Of a stretch of 64,000 nucleotides of DNA, positions 21,287-32,311 are shown piece after piece; position 1 is the stretch's first letter, and every line of letters starts with the position of its first letter. The notes below the pieces were generated by a model that was not told where the DNA came from, did no database searches, and saw nothing but the letters and a program-made list of their open reading frames with translations. This DNA is from an uncultured Bacilli bacterium (GTDB lineage Bacteria; Bacillota_I; Bacilli_A; RF39; UBA660). Both the position numbers and the translations under genes were made by a program. The stretch is taken from assembly GCA_934148845.1 (NCBI GenBank), contig CAKPDH010000003.1:65789-129788 (forward strand), read 5' to 3'.

Positions 21287-22047
21287 TTAAAGTTTATAAC
21301 TTTTAAGAATAACATTTATCATTGAAAAAGAAATATTACCAGTATCATTAGTAACACCAGATATTCTACCACATAAAGTAATTTCAAATACATTAGTTCT
21401 TAAAATATTAATTTTGTTACCTGTAATTGATATAATATCAGAATTACCAGGTATAATTCTCGCTGTAGTAATAGTGGATGTACCTGAACTATTAGTATCC
21501 TTAAAGCTAGAAAAGTAAATAGCATCATATGAAGTGGGTCCTAATGTTTCGCACGGTCCAGTAGGTCCTGTTGGACCTATGCTTCCAACAGCATCAGGAG
21601 GTCCTATTATTCCCTTTTCACCTTGTGGACCAGCAGAACCTATATCGCCTTTGTCGCCTTTAGGAATAATAAAATCTAAAGTGTGAACTTCACCATCAAA
21701 GTTATCAATAATAGACGCTTTATCCTCGCTATTTACTTCTTTATACTTATTTTGTCACTTTTACTAGGTGGACCTTGAATATTACCAACATTATCCCAAG
21801 TAATTTTATCTTTATTCCATACATATAATACTCCACCAATTAAATAACAATCTCCAGTTTTGCCTGTAGGATGACTTTTAATTAATTCCTCATAGCTTTC
21901 ATAGTCACCTAAAATACTAATACCGTCTCTCTTATCACCCTTTGGTCCACGTGGACCTACCATTGGATAGATTCCAGCTTTTCTTAATTTTTCTCTGATT
22001 TTTTGACCTTCCAATATAGCCTTAATATTATCATTCATTACTGTCAC
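21287..22047 (-). pseudogene. collagen-like protein paralog, frameshifted
   Basis: The 5' ORF (21733-22047) encodes GPRGPKGDKRDG...GPP and ends at a stop. A shifted frame continues ...LDFIIPKGDKGDIGSAGPQGEKGIIGPP...[10 protein letters not shown] plus a globular C-terminal domain with no start codon. This part is paralogous to [20 protein letters not shown] of the 19251 gene. Confidence 0.55.
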
Positions 22048-22193
22048 CTTATATAAGCATTATATGTAGAAACTAAATAACTAATTAATTAATATTATCA
22101 AGACTATATATTTTTACTAAGCTAAATACAAGTTAAAATATTTTAAATTCCATCAATATTATAGCAAAAGGACTATAAAATATTATAGTCTAG

Positions 22194-23696
22194 TTATTTT
22201 ATTAATGATTCTCCATCCATTTCAATAGGTATTGGTATATTTAAAAGACTTAATATAGTAGGGGAAATATCTGCAAGTTTACCATTTTTTAAGTTTAATC
22301 CTTTTTTTGTTACAATGAATGGTACTTTATTTGTTGTATGTGTAGTACATGGAGTACCATCTTCGTTAATCATAATATCACAATTTCCATGATCTGCAGT
22401 AATAATTAATGTACCATTTATTTCTTTAATTTTAGTGTATAATCTTCCAATACATTTATCTAAGAATTCAACTGCTTTAAGTGTTGCATCATAATTTCCA
22501 GTATGACCTACCATGTCTCCATTAGCGTAATTTAGTACTACAAGGTCTAAGTAATCTCTATTTAATTCATCAATTAGCTTATCTGTTATTTCTATAGCAG
22601 ACATTTCAGGCTTTAAATCATACGTTGCTACTTTGGGAGAATTGACTAATATTCTTTTAGAATTTTTAAGATCTAATTCAACTCCTCCATCAAAGAAATA
22701 TGTGACGTGTGCATATTTTTCTGTTTCCGCAATACGTAGTTGGTTTAGTCCTAAGTTATCAACATACTTCCCTAAAGTATTATTAAGCTTTTGAATATCA
22801 AATGCAGATTTTCCATTGACTGTATCAGTAATAGGCATCATAGATACAAGTTTTATATTTTTTAAATCAACAGTATCCATATCTATATTACTAGGATTAG
22901 TTATAGCTGTAAACATTTCTCTTAATCTATCTGGTCTATAATTAAATACAATAATTCCATCATTATCAGTTAACTTTCCATCAAACAAAACAGATGGTTT
23001 TATAAATTCATCAGTAATTCCTTTATTGTATTGATCATCAAAAAGCTCATTAGCAGTACTATATTTTTCTCCAATTCCACTTACAATAGCGTCATAAGCA
23101 AGTTTTAATCTATCAAAATTATTATCTCTGTCCATAGCGTAATATCTTCCAGAAATTGTTGTAATTGTACCTAAGTTTATTTCTTTAATTTTATTTTCTA
23201 GGTCATTAACAAACTTTTTACCACTGTGTATATCTGTATCTCTTCCATCTGTAAATAGATGAAAATATATGTTATTAATTCCTTCTTTTTTACACATATC
23301 TATTAATGATAATAAATGATTTATATGTGAATGAATCCCACCATCACTAATAAGACCCATTATATGTAATTTAGAATTATTATCTTGTGTATAATGAATT
23401 ACATCTAATATATTTTTATTTTTATAAAATGACTCATCATTAATTGATTTGTTTATTAATTCAAGAGGTTGATATACAATTCTACCAGCTCCTATATTCA
23501 TATGTCCAACTTCCGAATTACCCATTTGACCTTTAGGTAATCCTACTAAATTTCCAGATGCTTCTAGAAATGCATGTGGATAATTATTAAATAAATAATC
23601 AAAATTTGGCTTATTTGCATTTTTGAATGCATTTCCATAGCTTTCTTCTCTTACCCCACAACCATCAAGAATACATAAAACAATTGGCTTTTTCAT
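22194..23696 (-). CDS. gpmI: 2,3-bisphosphoglycerate-independent phosphoglycerate mutase
   Basis: Conserved iPGM motifs: ILDGCG near the N-terminus, GNSEVGHMNIGAGRIVYQ, and metal-binding HGN.DIM / ADHGN. The start is taken at MKKPIVLCILDG. Confidence 0.9.
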   Translation of the reverse strand: MKKPIVLCILDGCGVREESYGNAFKNANKPNFDYLFNNYPHAFLEASGNLVGLPKGQMGNSEVGHMNIGAGRIVYQPLELINKSINDESFYKNKNILDVIHYTQDNNSKLHIMGLISDGGIHSHINHLLSLIDMCKKEGINNIYFHLFTDGRDTDIHSGKKFVNDLENKIKEINLGTITTISGRYYAMDRDNNFDRLKLAYDAIVSGIGEKYSTANELFDDQYNKGITDEFIKPSVLFDGKLTDNDGIIVFNYRPDRLREMFTAITNPSNIDMDTVDLKNIKLVSMMPITDTVNGKSAFDIQKLNNTLGKYVDNLGLNQLRIAETEKYAHVTYFFDGGVELDLKNSKRILVNSPKVATYDLKPEMSAIEITDKLIDELNRDYLDLVVLNYANGDMVGHTGNYDATLKAVEFLDKCIGRLYTKIKEINGTLIITADHGNCDIMINEDGTPCTTHTTNKVPFIVTKKGLNLKNGKLADISPTILSLLNIPIPIEMDGESLIK

Positions 23697-24111
23697 ATAA
23701 TCCTTCTTTCTACAATAATATTTTATCATAAAATATTATTATTATTTAAAAATAATTTATAAGTAATTAATTAAATTAAAATTGTGTAAATGTGTGTATA
23801 AATATAATTATAAACTGTAAATAATAATCTTATTTTTAATAATTATATTTAAATAATAGGAAAAGCTCAATTGAAAAAGTAAATTCCACTTTGTAAAGGT
23901 AAATTCTACTTTTGAATTGATAATTGAGAAAAAAAGAGTAAAAGTGGTAGATTTTTACTCTTTTTTGATATAAAATAGTCGCATAAGTCCCAAAATGACA
24001 TAAATTATTTCATGATTAAAAGAGGTCGAATAAATAAATTTTTTTTGAATTTCAAAATTCCATCCCTAGATTGAATAATTTAAGTTAATTGATGGTGCTT
24101 GTTTTATCAGT

Positions 24112-25203
24112 TTATTTTTTTAATATTGAGTTTGATAAACTGACATTGTTAGGTTCAATTTCTTGAATACCTAATTTATCTATGGTATCTTGTCCATAGA
24201 TTTGACTGAACATAAGATATGGAGACTTAAAGTTTAGTTTTTTTCTTTTATAAGAATTAATATGAGACATAATTAGATTAATATCTGACTGAGATAAATC
24301 ATCAAATGATGTATCTTTTGGAAGTATTCTTCTTAAAAGTTCATGATTAACTTCACAAGAACTTTTTTCAAAAGGGCAAGACGGATGACAATAAAATATT
24401 TGAGTTCTAAGTTCACCAGTTTCCATATCAAATTCAATTTCAGTAGGATTAGAAAACTCGCTTCTGTTATCAGTTAATATGACAACAAAAAGTTTTTTAA
24501 ATTTATCTATACCTAGTAATTCTTGAACATTATTGAAAATATCAATTACAGCCTGTGAATCATTATGTTCTCTAATAAAAGCTAACATAAATGAAGTATT
24601 AACAAAATGAATAGTAAGTAATACTTTGCCACCTTTAACTCCTTCAACAGTATCTGTTTGAACAATAGTAATATCAGGGTTATGTAATAAATATTTTTGA
24701 AAATCTTCATAAGTTCTATTAGTCAAACAATCTTTATCAATTTTATAAACAGTAGATTGTTTTTTTCTTTGTTTAAATCTAACTTTTCTGGGCAAATCAA
24801 TATTTCTAACTTTAAGCAAACCTAAATCAATGAATTTATAAATAGTTTTTTCAGAATGCATAATAGTAGTAGGATTATTAATATAAGCTTGATTAATAGA
24901 TTGACCTTGCTTACAAATTAAGGGAAGTAAAATATTATTTAAATTATCTATTTCTCTTTGATCAATCATAACACCACTTCTGGTTTCAGGCAGCAATTGT
25001 TTGTATCCATTATAAACATAAACTGCATTGTAAATATGTTTAGTTAAAGTACATTGAGTTCTATTTTTCCACCTATTACAAACATAAGGCGGTTTATTAA
25101 GTAAACTACATTTTTCTTCTTTAAAGTTCGAACAATTTTTAATATTACAATTTCTACCTCTATTAGGACAAGTCTTTCTATATAAACAAAATATTATAAA
25201 TAC
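24112..25203 (-). pseudogene. IS30-family transposase, 5'-truncated (no start codon; N-terminal HTH missing)
   Basis: DDE integrase core with C-terminal ...RRILPKDTSFDDLSQSDINLIMSHINSYKRKKLNFKSPY typical of IS30. The in-frame upstream region back to the TGA at 25204 encodes a Cys-rich CNIKNC...YVCNRW...QCTL segment seen in Firmicutes IS30 transposases. It has no ATG/GTG/TTG. Confidence 0.65.
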
Positions 25204-25439
25204 TCATATATTTTCTTATATATTCTTGAAAAAACTAAATATTACATGATATAATTATGAGTGTTAAAGGAGGAAGTAATAGTGAAAGCAAAAAAAGTTC
25301 TTATAAAAAAAATTCTAAATCGGATTGAAAAAGGGGAAGCATTAATATTCCCAGAAAAATATGTGAATGGGAAGAATGTGTAGTTACTGGGTCTTTAGGT
25401 ATATATCATGGATCAGATATAGATGACGCTTTAGAAATA

Positions 25440-25697
25440 ATGATAGCACTTAAAAATGGTGCAAGTATGGAAGAAGCAGCAAAATTGCTTGAGAAACAAA
25501 ATCATTCTGGATCAGGTTTTCATACAGTAAGAAGGATAATACTTGAATTTTCAAATAAAGGTCCTGAATTTTGGGAAGCAACTTCTCCTTATATAGAAAT
25601 GTCTTCAAGTGAGAAACAAATGTTAGAGGCAAAAAAACAAGAAAATGCACAACTTATACAAGCAAACAAGAAAAAAACAAGTGGACCCAAACTATAA
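25440..25697 (+). pseudogene. transposase-like HTH/leucine-zipper fragment (IS3-OrfA-like?)
   Basis: 85-aa ORF with an HTH-like segment and a Q/K/E-rich coiled coil (EKQMLEAKKQENAQLIQANKKK). Upstream out-of-frame pieces at 25324-25440 suggest decay. Confidence 0.3.
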
Positions 25698-25915
25698 TAA
25701 TTGAGTAATGTCATGCACGCTTTGCTCACTTGTGAGTTTAAGTATTGATAGGTTTTCTATTCCTTTTTGTTATGAAGTTCTAAAAGTAAAAACTTGACTT
25801 TATGACTTGCTAAAATTATGCTTAAAAGGGTTTAAAAAGGGAATTTCCCTTTTCACACCGTTATTGGCTTTGCCAATAGCGTAGTGTGTTACTAAAATGG
25901 AATTTTAGTTTTATT

Positions 25916-25940
25916 GGACGAGCTGTAGCTCGTTTTTTAA
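25916..25940 (+). terminator. intrinsic terminator-like hairpin
   Basis: ACGAGC-tgta-GCTCGT followed by TTTTTT. A second complex hairpin lies at 25855-25890. Confidence 0.4.
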
Positions 25941-26147
25941 TGTTAAAATCTCTATCATCATATTTATAATTTTTGCATATAAAAATTATTTATTTTTCCT
26001 TCTTTTGATATGCTATTTTCTATATTTTATAAATCAAAATCATCGTGTAATTACTTTACTTTCTTAAATAGCAAAAAAACTAGACGGTACTTCTAGATTA
26101 ATATTTTAAATAATGATAAAATTCATGTAGAGTTGGAGGATAAAGAT

Positions 26148-26651
26148 ATGGAATATTTAGATTTATATGATGTAAATAAAAATTTAACCGGAGAAAAAAT
26201 AGTTAGGGGTAAGGGAAAACCTCAAGTACCTGAAAATAATTATATTAATATTGTTATAATTTTTATGCAAAATAGTGAAGGTGAGTTTTTATTTCAAATA
26301 ACATCAAAAGAAAAAGGAAACGAAATAGCAACAACAGGAGGCCATGTTAAATCAGGACAAACTAGTTATGAGGCAATTCTTGCAGAAGTAGATGAAGAAT
26401 TAGGGTTAGATATTTCAAAAGAAGATATTAAAATGATAGATTCATATATTTTTGGTGTAGCTTTTATGGATGTTTATTATTTGAATAAAGATATAAACAT
26501 AAATGATTTAAAATTGCAAGATGATGAAGTAGAATCTGTAGAATGGCTTACTATAGATAGAATTAAAGAGTTAATCAATGAGGGAAAAGTAAGAAAAGGT
26601 AATATTAAAGCTTTTGATAGTATATTAGAATATCTTAATAATAATGTATAA
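26148..26651 (+). CDS. NUDIX hydrolase
   Basis: Nudix box GGHVKSGQTSYEAILAEVDEELGL. RBS GGAGGA lies 8 nt upstream of the ATG. Confidence 0.8.
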   Translation: MEYLDLYDVNKNLTGEKIVRGKGKPQVPENNYINIVIIFMQNSEGEFLFQITSKEKGNEIATTGGHVKSGQTSYEAILAEVDEELGLDISKEDIKMIDSYIFGVAFMDVYYLNKDININDLKLQDDEVESVEWLTIDRIKELINEGKVRKGNIKAFDSILEYLNNNV

Positions 26652-26819
26652 AAAAATATTAGTTTATAACTAATATTTTTTTACGCATAAGATATTATCT
26701 TACATATTTACTTGCAAATATTTTTAATTATAAGGGATTTAGGGATTATCCCTACATATAGAATTTGTGGGAGTACAAATTCATTGCTTGCTAGTCCACG
26801 ACTAGATAGAAAATTAGTA

Positions 26820-27020
26820 TTAATTTTCTACTTTTTCAGTATTATTTTCATCTGTATTTGATAACAAGAAATTATTTTTCTCGTTATATTTTTCTATTAT
26901 TTCATTTAATTTTTCTTCAAATGCTTCCATAACTAATTCTTCAAAAGTTGGACCATTTTCATCAAAAAATATATTCATTTTAAATTCATCTTTTCTCATT
27001 TTATCATTCCTTTCATTCAT
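26820..27020 (-). CDS. small acidic hypothetical protein
   Basis: 66 aa, immediately downstream of the resolvase fragment. Confidence 0.25.
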   Translation of the reverse strand: MNERNDKMRKDEFKMNIFFDENGPTFEELVMEAFEEKLNEIIEKYNEKNNFLLSNTDENNTEKVEN

Positions 27021-27366
27021 AAATTACATTTGTTTTAGGTATTAGTAATAGGTAATCTACAATATTACCATCTTGATTTAATGGGCATCCTATAATTCCA
27101 TCATAGTTATTTCTAGTTAGTCTATCAACTTTAATAGTCATTAAAACATCTAATTTCTTATGCTTAATATCTTCTAGTAATCTTTTCATTTGTGGTCTCA
27201 TTAAATCCTTACCAGAATGTCCAGCATCATTATAAACATCAATAATATCGTAATTATTCTTTTCACAATATTCTTTAATCATCCTAAGTTGTGAATCAAT
27301 AGAATATCCATTATCTCTTTGTTCGTCTGTACTTACTCTAACATATACACCAGTTCTTTTACTCAT
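27013..27366 (-). pseudogene. serine recombinase (resolvase) N-terminal catalytic-domain fragment
   Basis: MSKRTGVYVRVSTDEQRDNGYSIDSQ... carries the Ser-recombinase catalytic motif. Only ~100 aa of resolvase domain is present before unrelated sequence and a stop. Confidence 0.6.
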
Positions 27367-27385
27367 AAAATCATCTTCTACTATA

Positions 27386-27740
27386 TACCTCACTTAAAGC
27401 CTATTTGTTCGGGTAAAATTTAAAATTTTTTTGTTTTCTATATGTTTAGCATTTTAAACGCATTTTTTAGGGTATAAATTTATAAAAATTTCATCTTTCA
27501 CTTGTTTGGCACTTTAAAGGCATTTTTTTAACCCTTAAATTGTAAAAAAATTACATTTCTATATATAACCTCACTTAAATCAAGTTTTTTATCCCTAAAA
27601 ATTTATTCCCTCATTATATACCTCACTCAAATGCATTTTTTCAGACCAAAATTTAATATTTCTCATATGTTTGGCATTTTGTGATTAAAAAGTATAGTCT
27701 AAAAACACTATTCTTCATATATATTCCTCAATTAAAATTA
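27386..27740. repeat. degenerate ~100-bp tandem repeats (3-4 copies) between the resolvase remnant and tRNA-Leu
   Basis: Motif A (C)TATATACCTCACTTAAA appears at ~27386, ~27558, ~27614 and ~27719. Motif B TATGTTTAGCATTTTAAACGCATTTTTT and its variants appear at ~27437, ~27498 and ~27664. Confidence 0.5.
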
Positions 27741-28114
27741 AAAAGTTTAGTTTAATTTTTAAATTTTATTAATATTTCTTTAATTTCATTAAGGTTATAT
27801 TTTTGATTAAGTTCTTTAATATAAAAAGGTTTATTACTAATTTCATTTACTTTAATTCATAGATAGTAAGAGTAGTAGGGGAATTGATTATATATTCAGT
27901 AGGTTTTACAAATTTTAGGTTAGTATTAGTTAAATGTCTAATTTTTCCTTTTTTAATCGTGTAGTTATAATTTTCTATAAGTTCTAGTAATTCAGAATTG
28001 GGTTTTAATTCTTCTATAACTTTAAATTTAAGCATAAAAAATGTCCTACTTTCTAGAAAAGAGAACATAAAATAAAAACTTACGAAACCTATTGGTCCGT
28101 AAGTTGTTTTTAAA

Positions 28115-28201
28115 TGGTGCCTGTGATCGGACTCGAACCGATACGATATTGCTATCATTGGATTTTGAGTCCAACGCGTCTACCAATTTCACCACACAGG
28201 C
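28115..28201 (-). tRNA. tRNA-Leu (anticodon CAA), class II with long variable arm, encoded CCA
   Basis: The reverse complement folds as a cloverleaf. Acceptor GCCTGTG/CACAGGC. Anticodon stem TTGGA/TCCAA with loop CTCAAAA. T-arm ATCGG-TTCGAGT-CCGAT. 3' ACCA. Confidence 0.9.
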
Positions 28202-28257
28202 ATTACATATACAGTATAACATATTTTTTTATAATCTGTATATATTTCTAATGAATT

Positions 28258-28815
28258 TTATTTGGAATTTTCTTCTGTATATTTAGAATCAAACAAATTA
28301 ATATCACTATTTGCTTTTTCTGTAACTTCAACTTTTGGTAATTCTTTAATGCTTCCAAGACCAAAATAGTCTAGAAATAATGGAGTTATATTATAAAGCC
28401 TTGGTTTACCTAGTGTATCTGCACGGCCATCTTCTTTAATTAATCCTTTAATTAATAATTTTCTTAGTGCATAACTACTATTAATGCCTCTAATATTATC
28501 TATTTCAAGTCTTGTAATAGGTGCATTATATGCTATAATTGCAAGAACCTCTAATGCAGATTCGCTTAAGTTACTATTATCATCTTTAATTAACTTTTTA
28601 TAATATTCTTTATGAATTTTTTTTGTTGTAAGTTTAAAATGATCACCTAAATATTCAATATTAATACCTCTATCATTGCTCTTATAATCATTGTATAATT
28701 CTTTAATTAAATCTTTAGTGTCGTTTTCACTCATTTCAATTATATTTGATAATTCTTGTAAAGTAAGTCCATCTTCTCCACTTAAAAATAATAAACCTTC
28801 AATAACTGCTTTCAT
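28258..28815 (-). CDS. scpB: segregation and condensation protein B
   Basis: Conserved ScpB N-terminus (EGLLFLSGEDGLTLQEL) and a second winged-helix segment (ALEVLAIIAYNAPITRLEIDNIRG). Confidence 0.85.
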   Translation of the reverse strand: MKAVIEGLLFLSGEDGLTLQELSNIIEMSENDTKDLIKELYNDYKSNDRGINIEYLGDHFKLTTKKIHKEYYKKLIKDDNSNLSESALEVLAIIAYNAPITRLEIDNIRGINSSYALRKLLIKGLIKEDGRADTLGKPRLYNITPLFLDYFGLGSIKELPKVEVTEKANSDINLFDSKYTEENSK

Positions 28816-29515
28816 TCAAATCAATTCCTTTAATAATTATATTTTTAAAATTACTTTCCTGTTCTAGTATTATTTCATGCTTTTTAGTAAGAGATAATAT
28901 TGATAGAAAAGTAACTACTATATATCCTTTATTATATGTATCAAATAAATCAGTAAAATTTACTTGTTTTTTAATTTTTAATAAGTTTTTAATTTCATGA
29001 CTTCTAATTTTTACACTATATTCTTTATTGGTAATTTTAGTATCTAATGGTTTATTTAATTCTTTATTTTCCAATAAAGAATTAAATGCATTTACTAAAT
29101 CATTTAGACTAACTCCGTAATTAACAGTATCAAAATTATCTTTAAATTCAAGTAAATTACTAGCTTCTTTAGTATATACTTCTTTTCTATATTCTTCAAG
29201 TTCTCTAAATGTATTAGTAATATTTTTATATTCACTAAATTCTATTAATCTATTAATTAACTCTTCTTTAGGATCTTCTTTGGTATCTATATTTGGTAAA
29301 AGAGAAGATGATTTTATTTGAATTAATTCAGCTGCCATAACTAAATATTCACTAGCTATATCTAGATTTAATTGTTCCATTTTATTTATATAATCTAAAT
29401 ATCCTTTAGTAATATCATCTATACTAATATCGTATATACTTATATTACTTTTTTTTATTAAATGTAATAATAAGTCCATAGGACCTGTAAAATTATTAAT
29501 ATTTACTTCATACAT
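28799..29515 (-). CDS. scpA: segregation and condensation protein A
   Basis: ScpA N-terminus (FTGPMDLLLHLIKKSNISIYDISIDDIT..YL). It overlaps scpB, as in the canonical operon. Confidence 0.8.
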   Translation of the reverse strand: MYEVNINNFTGPMDLLLHLIKKSNISIYDISIDDITKGYLDYINKMEQLNLDIASEYLVMAAELIQIKSSSLLPNIDTKEDPKEELINRLIEFSEYKNITNTFRELEEYRKEVYTKEASNLLEFKDNFDTVNYGVSLNDLVNAFNSLLENKELNKPLDTKITNKEYSVKIRSHEIKNLLKIKKQVNFTDLFDTYNKGYIVVTFLSILSLTKKHEIILEQESNFKNIIIKGIDLNESSY

Positions 29516-29654
29516 AAGTATATACCTCCTTGTTAATTATAAATTATTTTATAAAATATGTAAAGTTTAAAAATAATTTTATAAATTCATTTAAAAAATC
29601 ATAAAAATAGTATATACTACTATTAGTAAGGTATTATATATCAATGGAGGTTTT

Positions 29655-32204
29655 ATGAAAAAAAGAATTATAGTGTTATTTCTAATTACTATGTTTATTT
29701 TTACTAATAAAGCTTTATGTGTTGAAATCATAAAAGAAGCGGGGTCTATAAAACTAGATGGTAGTTCACCTTGTGGAAAGAGTGCATGTGCTACTACATT
29801 AAATAGTTATGGAATAGGAGTAACCCTAATAAATAGTAATGGACAAATAGTAGGAAATAGAATTAACATATGGAATAATGAAACTACTAAAAGATATGCA
29901 AATATAAAAAAATATGGTCAAATTGGAAAAGATATAAATATAAATATAAATGAACTAGGAAAATATAAAGAAGCTCCTTGTACGGAAAATTATCTATATA
30001 ACAATATATCTGGAACAAATTATTTTAATTCAGATTTACTTACAAAATTAAGTGATAACTATAACTATTCAGAATATATAACAAATTTGAATGAAACAAA
30101 TGTAAAAACTATTTTAAAATATTTTGGAAAAAACATTGAAGATTCCTATAATTATTTTCTTAAAATAGAGCCTATATATTTTCTACATGAAAAATATTTT
30201 ACATATTGTAATTACTTTGTTGGTGATAATAATAATATGCTTAAGTATGCTAATGATTTAAAAGGTAAAGACAAAACTTTTTTATATTATTATTTGATAG
30301 GTGGGAACAATAAAACAATAGGTGGTGACTGGAATGTTTTTAGAAATAGACTGGTAAATCCAAGCTATTCTTGCCCAGGCTTAGGTGGCCTAAAAAATGT
30401 TGAATGCACAAATTTAACTTTAGCTAATTATACTGCAAGTAAAAAAAACGTAGAAGCTTTGTTTGACAACAGGGCAGGTTTAGGCGTAGGGTATGTTGCT
30501 ATTAAAGACTTTTTTAAATCTAAATTTAATATAGTAAAAAAAGATAATACGGGTGCTTTAGTGACAAATGCTACCTTTGATCTATATTTATATAATTATG
30601 AAGATAGATTATATAAAGAATTTAAAAAAAATTTAAAGACTACTTCTGGAAGATTTAGTGGTAATATTGATGTTACAGTAGGTAAGTATATGTTAGTTGA
30701 AAGAAGTGCAAAAGGATATGATTTAACTAAATCTAAATGTGAGGGATGTACTTCTTATGACTCTCCAAACTTTTATTTTGAAATAGATTCAACTACAACT
30801 ACAAAAACATTAACAATAACAAATGTAAAAACTTGTGTATCTGAATTTGATGATATAAGAAATGATAATAAAGGCATTGTATCTATGGAAAAAAGAATAA
30901 AACTTTATGATAAATATAAAGAAAGTGGTAAAAATTTTAATAAACTATTAGATATGAGTAATAAAACTGGAAGTAGTGCTTGTGGTAATGTAGACGATAA
31001 AAAAATAAAAGATACATATAAGTATAATTTATCTTGTTTCAATTTAAAACTAAATAACCAAATTCCATTTGATTCTAATAATTTAACTTATTATAGTGAA
31101 ATAGCTAACATAGAAGGAAAGGTGGCATATTGTCTAACTACACTTGATATAACAACATCAGGTGGAATATACGATAGTGTTACTTCAGGAAGACAAGTAA
31201 CATATGGATCAGCCCCACTTGCAACTGTTAGAAAAGTTTGCTATACATATAATATAAGTAATATGAACACAACAACAACGCAACCTGCAGATGATATTTC
31301 TAGCTATTTTCCACTAATATCTATGAAAAAATATATAAAAACATTTACTAATTCAAATTTAATAGAAAATTATGAATATATAAATAAGGTAAATGATAAG
31401 GTTAAATTTGTCCTTGAAAGTAGAAATGGAAATAGGTATGAATATGTAATGAAAGATCAATATGATTATAAAGATATAATATTGAATTATGGAACTGGAC
31501 AAGTTATAGATAAAGAGTGTGATAGTTACTGTCTAAATATTGGAAAAGGCATTATGAGTAGATTAACTGAAAAAGGATTGCAAACGATTAAATATCAAGT
31601 TAATTACAATTATTACATAAATGGAAAATTACAAAATAATATAGATAATAAGAATTGTAATTATACTGCTAATCCCGAAATAATAAATTCTAAACTTAAT
31701 TTACAGTTTGAACAAATAATGAATAAAAAACCATTTATGAATAAAGAAGGAACTAGTTTTAGAAATGTTAGTTATAATTGGTGGTCTAAAACTATAGATT
31801 ATAAAAATCTAAATGATTTAAATGGTGATGGAATAGTAGATGATTTAGATAAAATAATAAAAAAATATTCAAATAATAGGGAAGAATCTAAATCAGGTGA
31901 TCCTAAAGATAATTATTTAGTTGATTATGTCATGAATGGAAGAAATAATAGTTATAATTCAACTAAAGAGGGATATAGGTATAAAATAGTATTAACTCCA
32001 TCAGACATAAAAAAAATAAGAAAATATAATGATCGAGTAAACAATTATAATGACAATAATATATATTGTAATAATAATACTTGTTCAACTGAATTTATAG
32101 ATAACCTAAGAGAATCTAAAGTATGTTTTAAAAATATTTGCGATTCATTAAGCTTTAAACTAGATTATGCTAAACAAGTATATAATATAATAAATGAAAG
32201 TTAA
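29655..32204 (+). CDS. large secreted adhesin-like protein with Cna-B-type domain (paralogous to next gene)
   Basis: N-terminal signal peptide. One Cna-B-like module (GKYMLVERSAKGYDL). The C-terminal modules are shared with the 32312 protein: LNLQFEQ, DLNGDGIVDDLD Ca-loop, YLVDYVMNGRNNSY, LTPSDIKKIRKYND and CSTEFIDNL. No LPXTG motif. Confidence 0.6.
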   Translation: MKKRIIVLFLITMFIFTNKALCVEIIKEAGSIKLDGSSPCGKSACATTLNSYGIGVTLINSNGQIVGNRINIWNNETTKRYANIKKYGQIGKDINININELGKYKEAPCTENYLYNNISGTNYFNSDLLTKLSDNYNYSEYITNLNETNVKTILKYFGKNIEDSYNYFLKIEPIYFLHEKYFTYCNYFVGDNNNMLKYANDLKGKDKTFLYYYLIGGNNKTIGGDWNVFRNRLVNPSYSCPGLGGLKNVECTNLTLANYTASKKNVEALFDNRAGLGVGYVAIKDFFKSKFNIVKKDNTGALVTNATFDLYLYNYEDRLYKEFKKNLKTTSGRFSGNIDVTVGKYMLVERSAKGYDLTKSKCEGCTSYDSPNFYFEIDSTTTTKTLTITNVKTCVSEFDDIRNDNKGIVSMEKRIKLYDKYKESGKNFNKLLDMSNKTGSSACGNVDDKKIKDTYKYNLSCFNLKLNNQIPFDSNNLTYYSEIANIEGKVAYCLTTLDITTSGGIYDSVTSGRQVTYGSAPLATVRKVCYTYNISNMNTTTTQPADDISSYFPLISMKKYIKTFTNSNLIENYEYINKVNDKVKFVLESRNGNRYEYVMKDQYDYKDIILNYGTGQVIDKECDSYCLNIGKGIMSRLTEKGLQTIKYQVNYNYYINGKLQNNIDNKNCNYTANPEIINSKLNLQFEQIMNKKPFMNKEGTSFRNVSYNWWSKTIDYKNLNDLNGDGIVDDLDKIIKKYSNNREESKSGDPKDNYLVDYVMNGRNNSYNSTKEGYRYKIVLTPSDIKKIRKYNDRVNNYNDNNIYCNNNTCSTEFIDNLRESKVCFKNICDSLSFKLDYAKQVYNIINES

Positions 32205-32311
32205 GAATTCTAAAAAAATATAGAATTCTTTTTAATTTAATCAAAAAGTATTTAAATTAAATTAAATTTATTATATAATTAATATAAGTTTTAGAGTAGT
32301 ATGGAGGATTT

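Noticed and set aside
25450-25650. 66-aa minus-strand ORF
   Set aside because: Antisense to the transposase-like fragment.
27847-28286. ORFs 27847-28158(-) and 28092-28286(+)
   Set aside because: Both overlap the tRNA-Leu gene, which folds as a canonical cloverleaf. Protein-coding is implausible.
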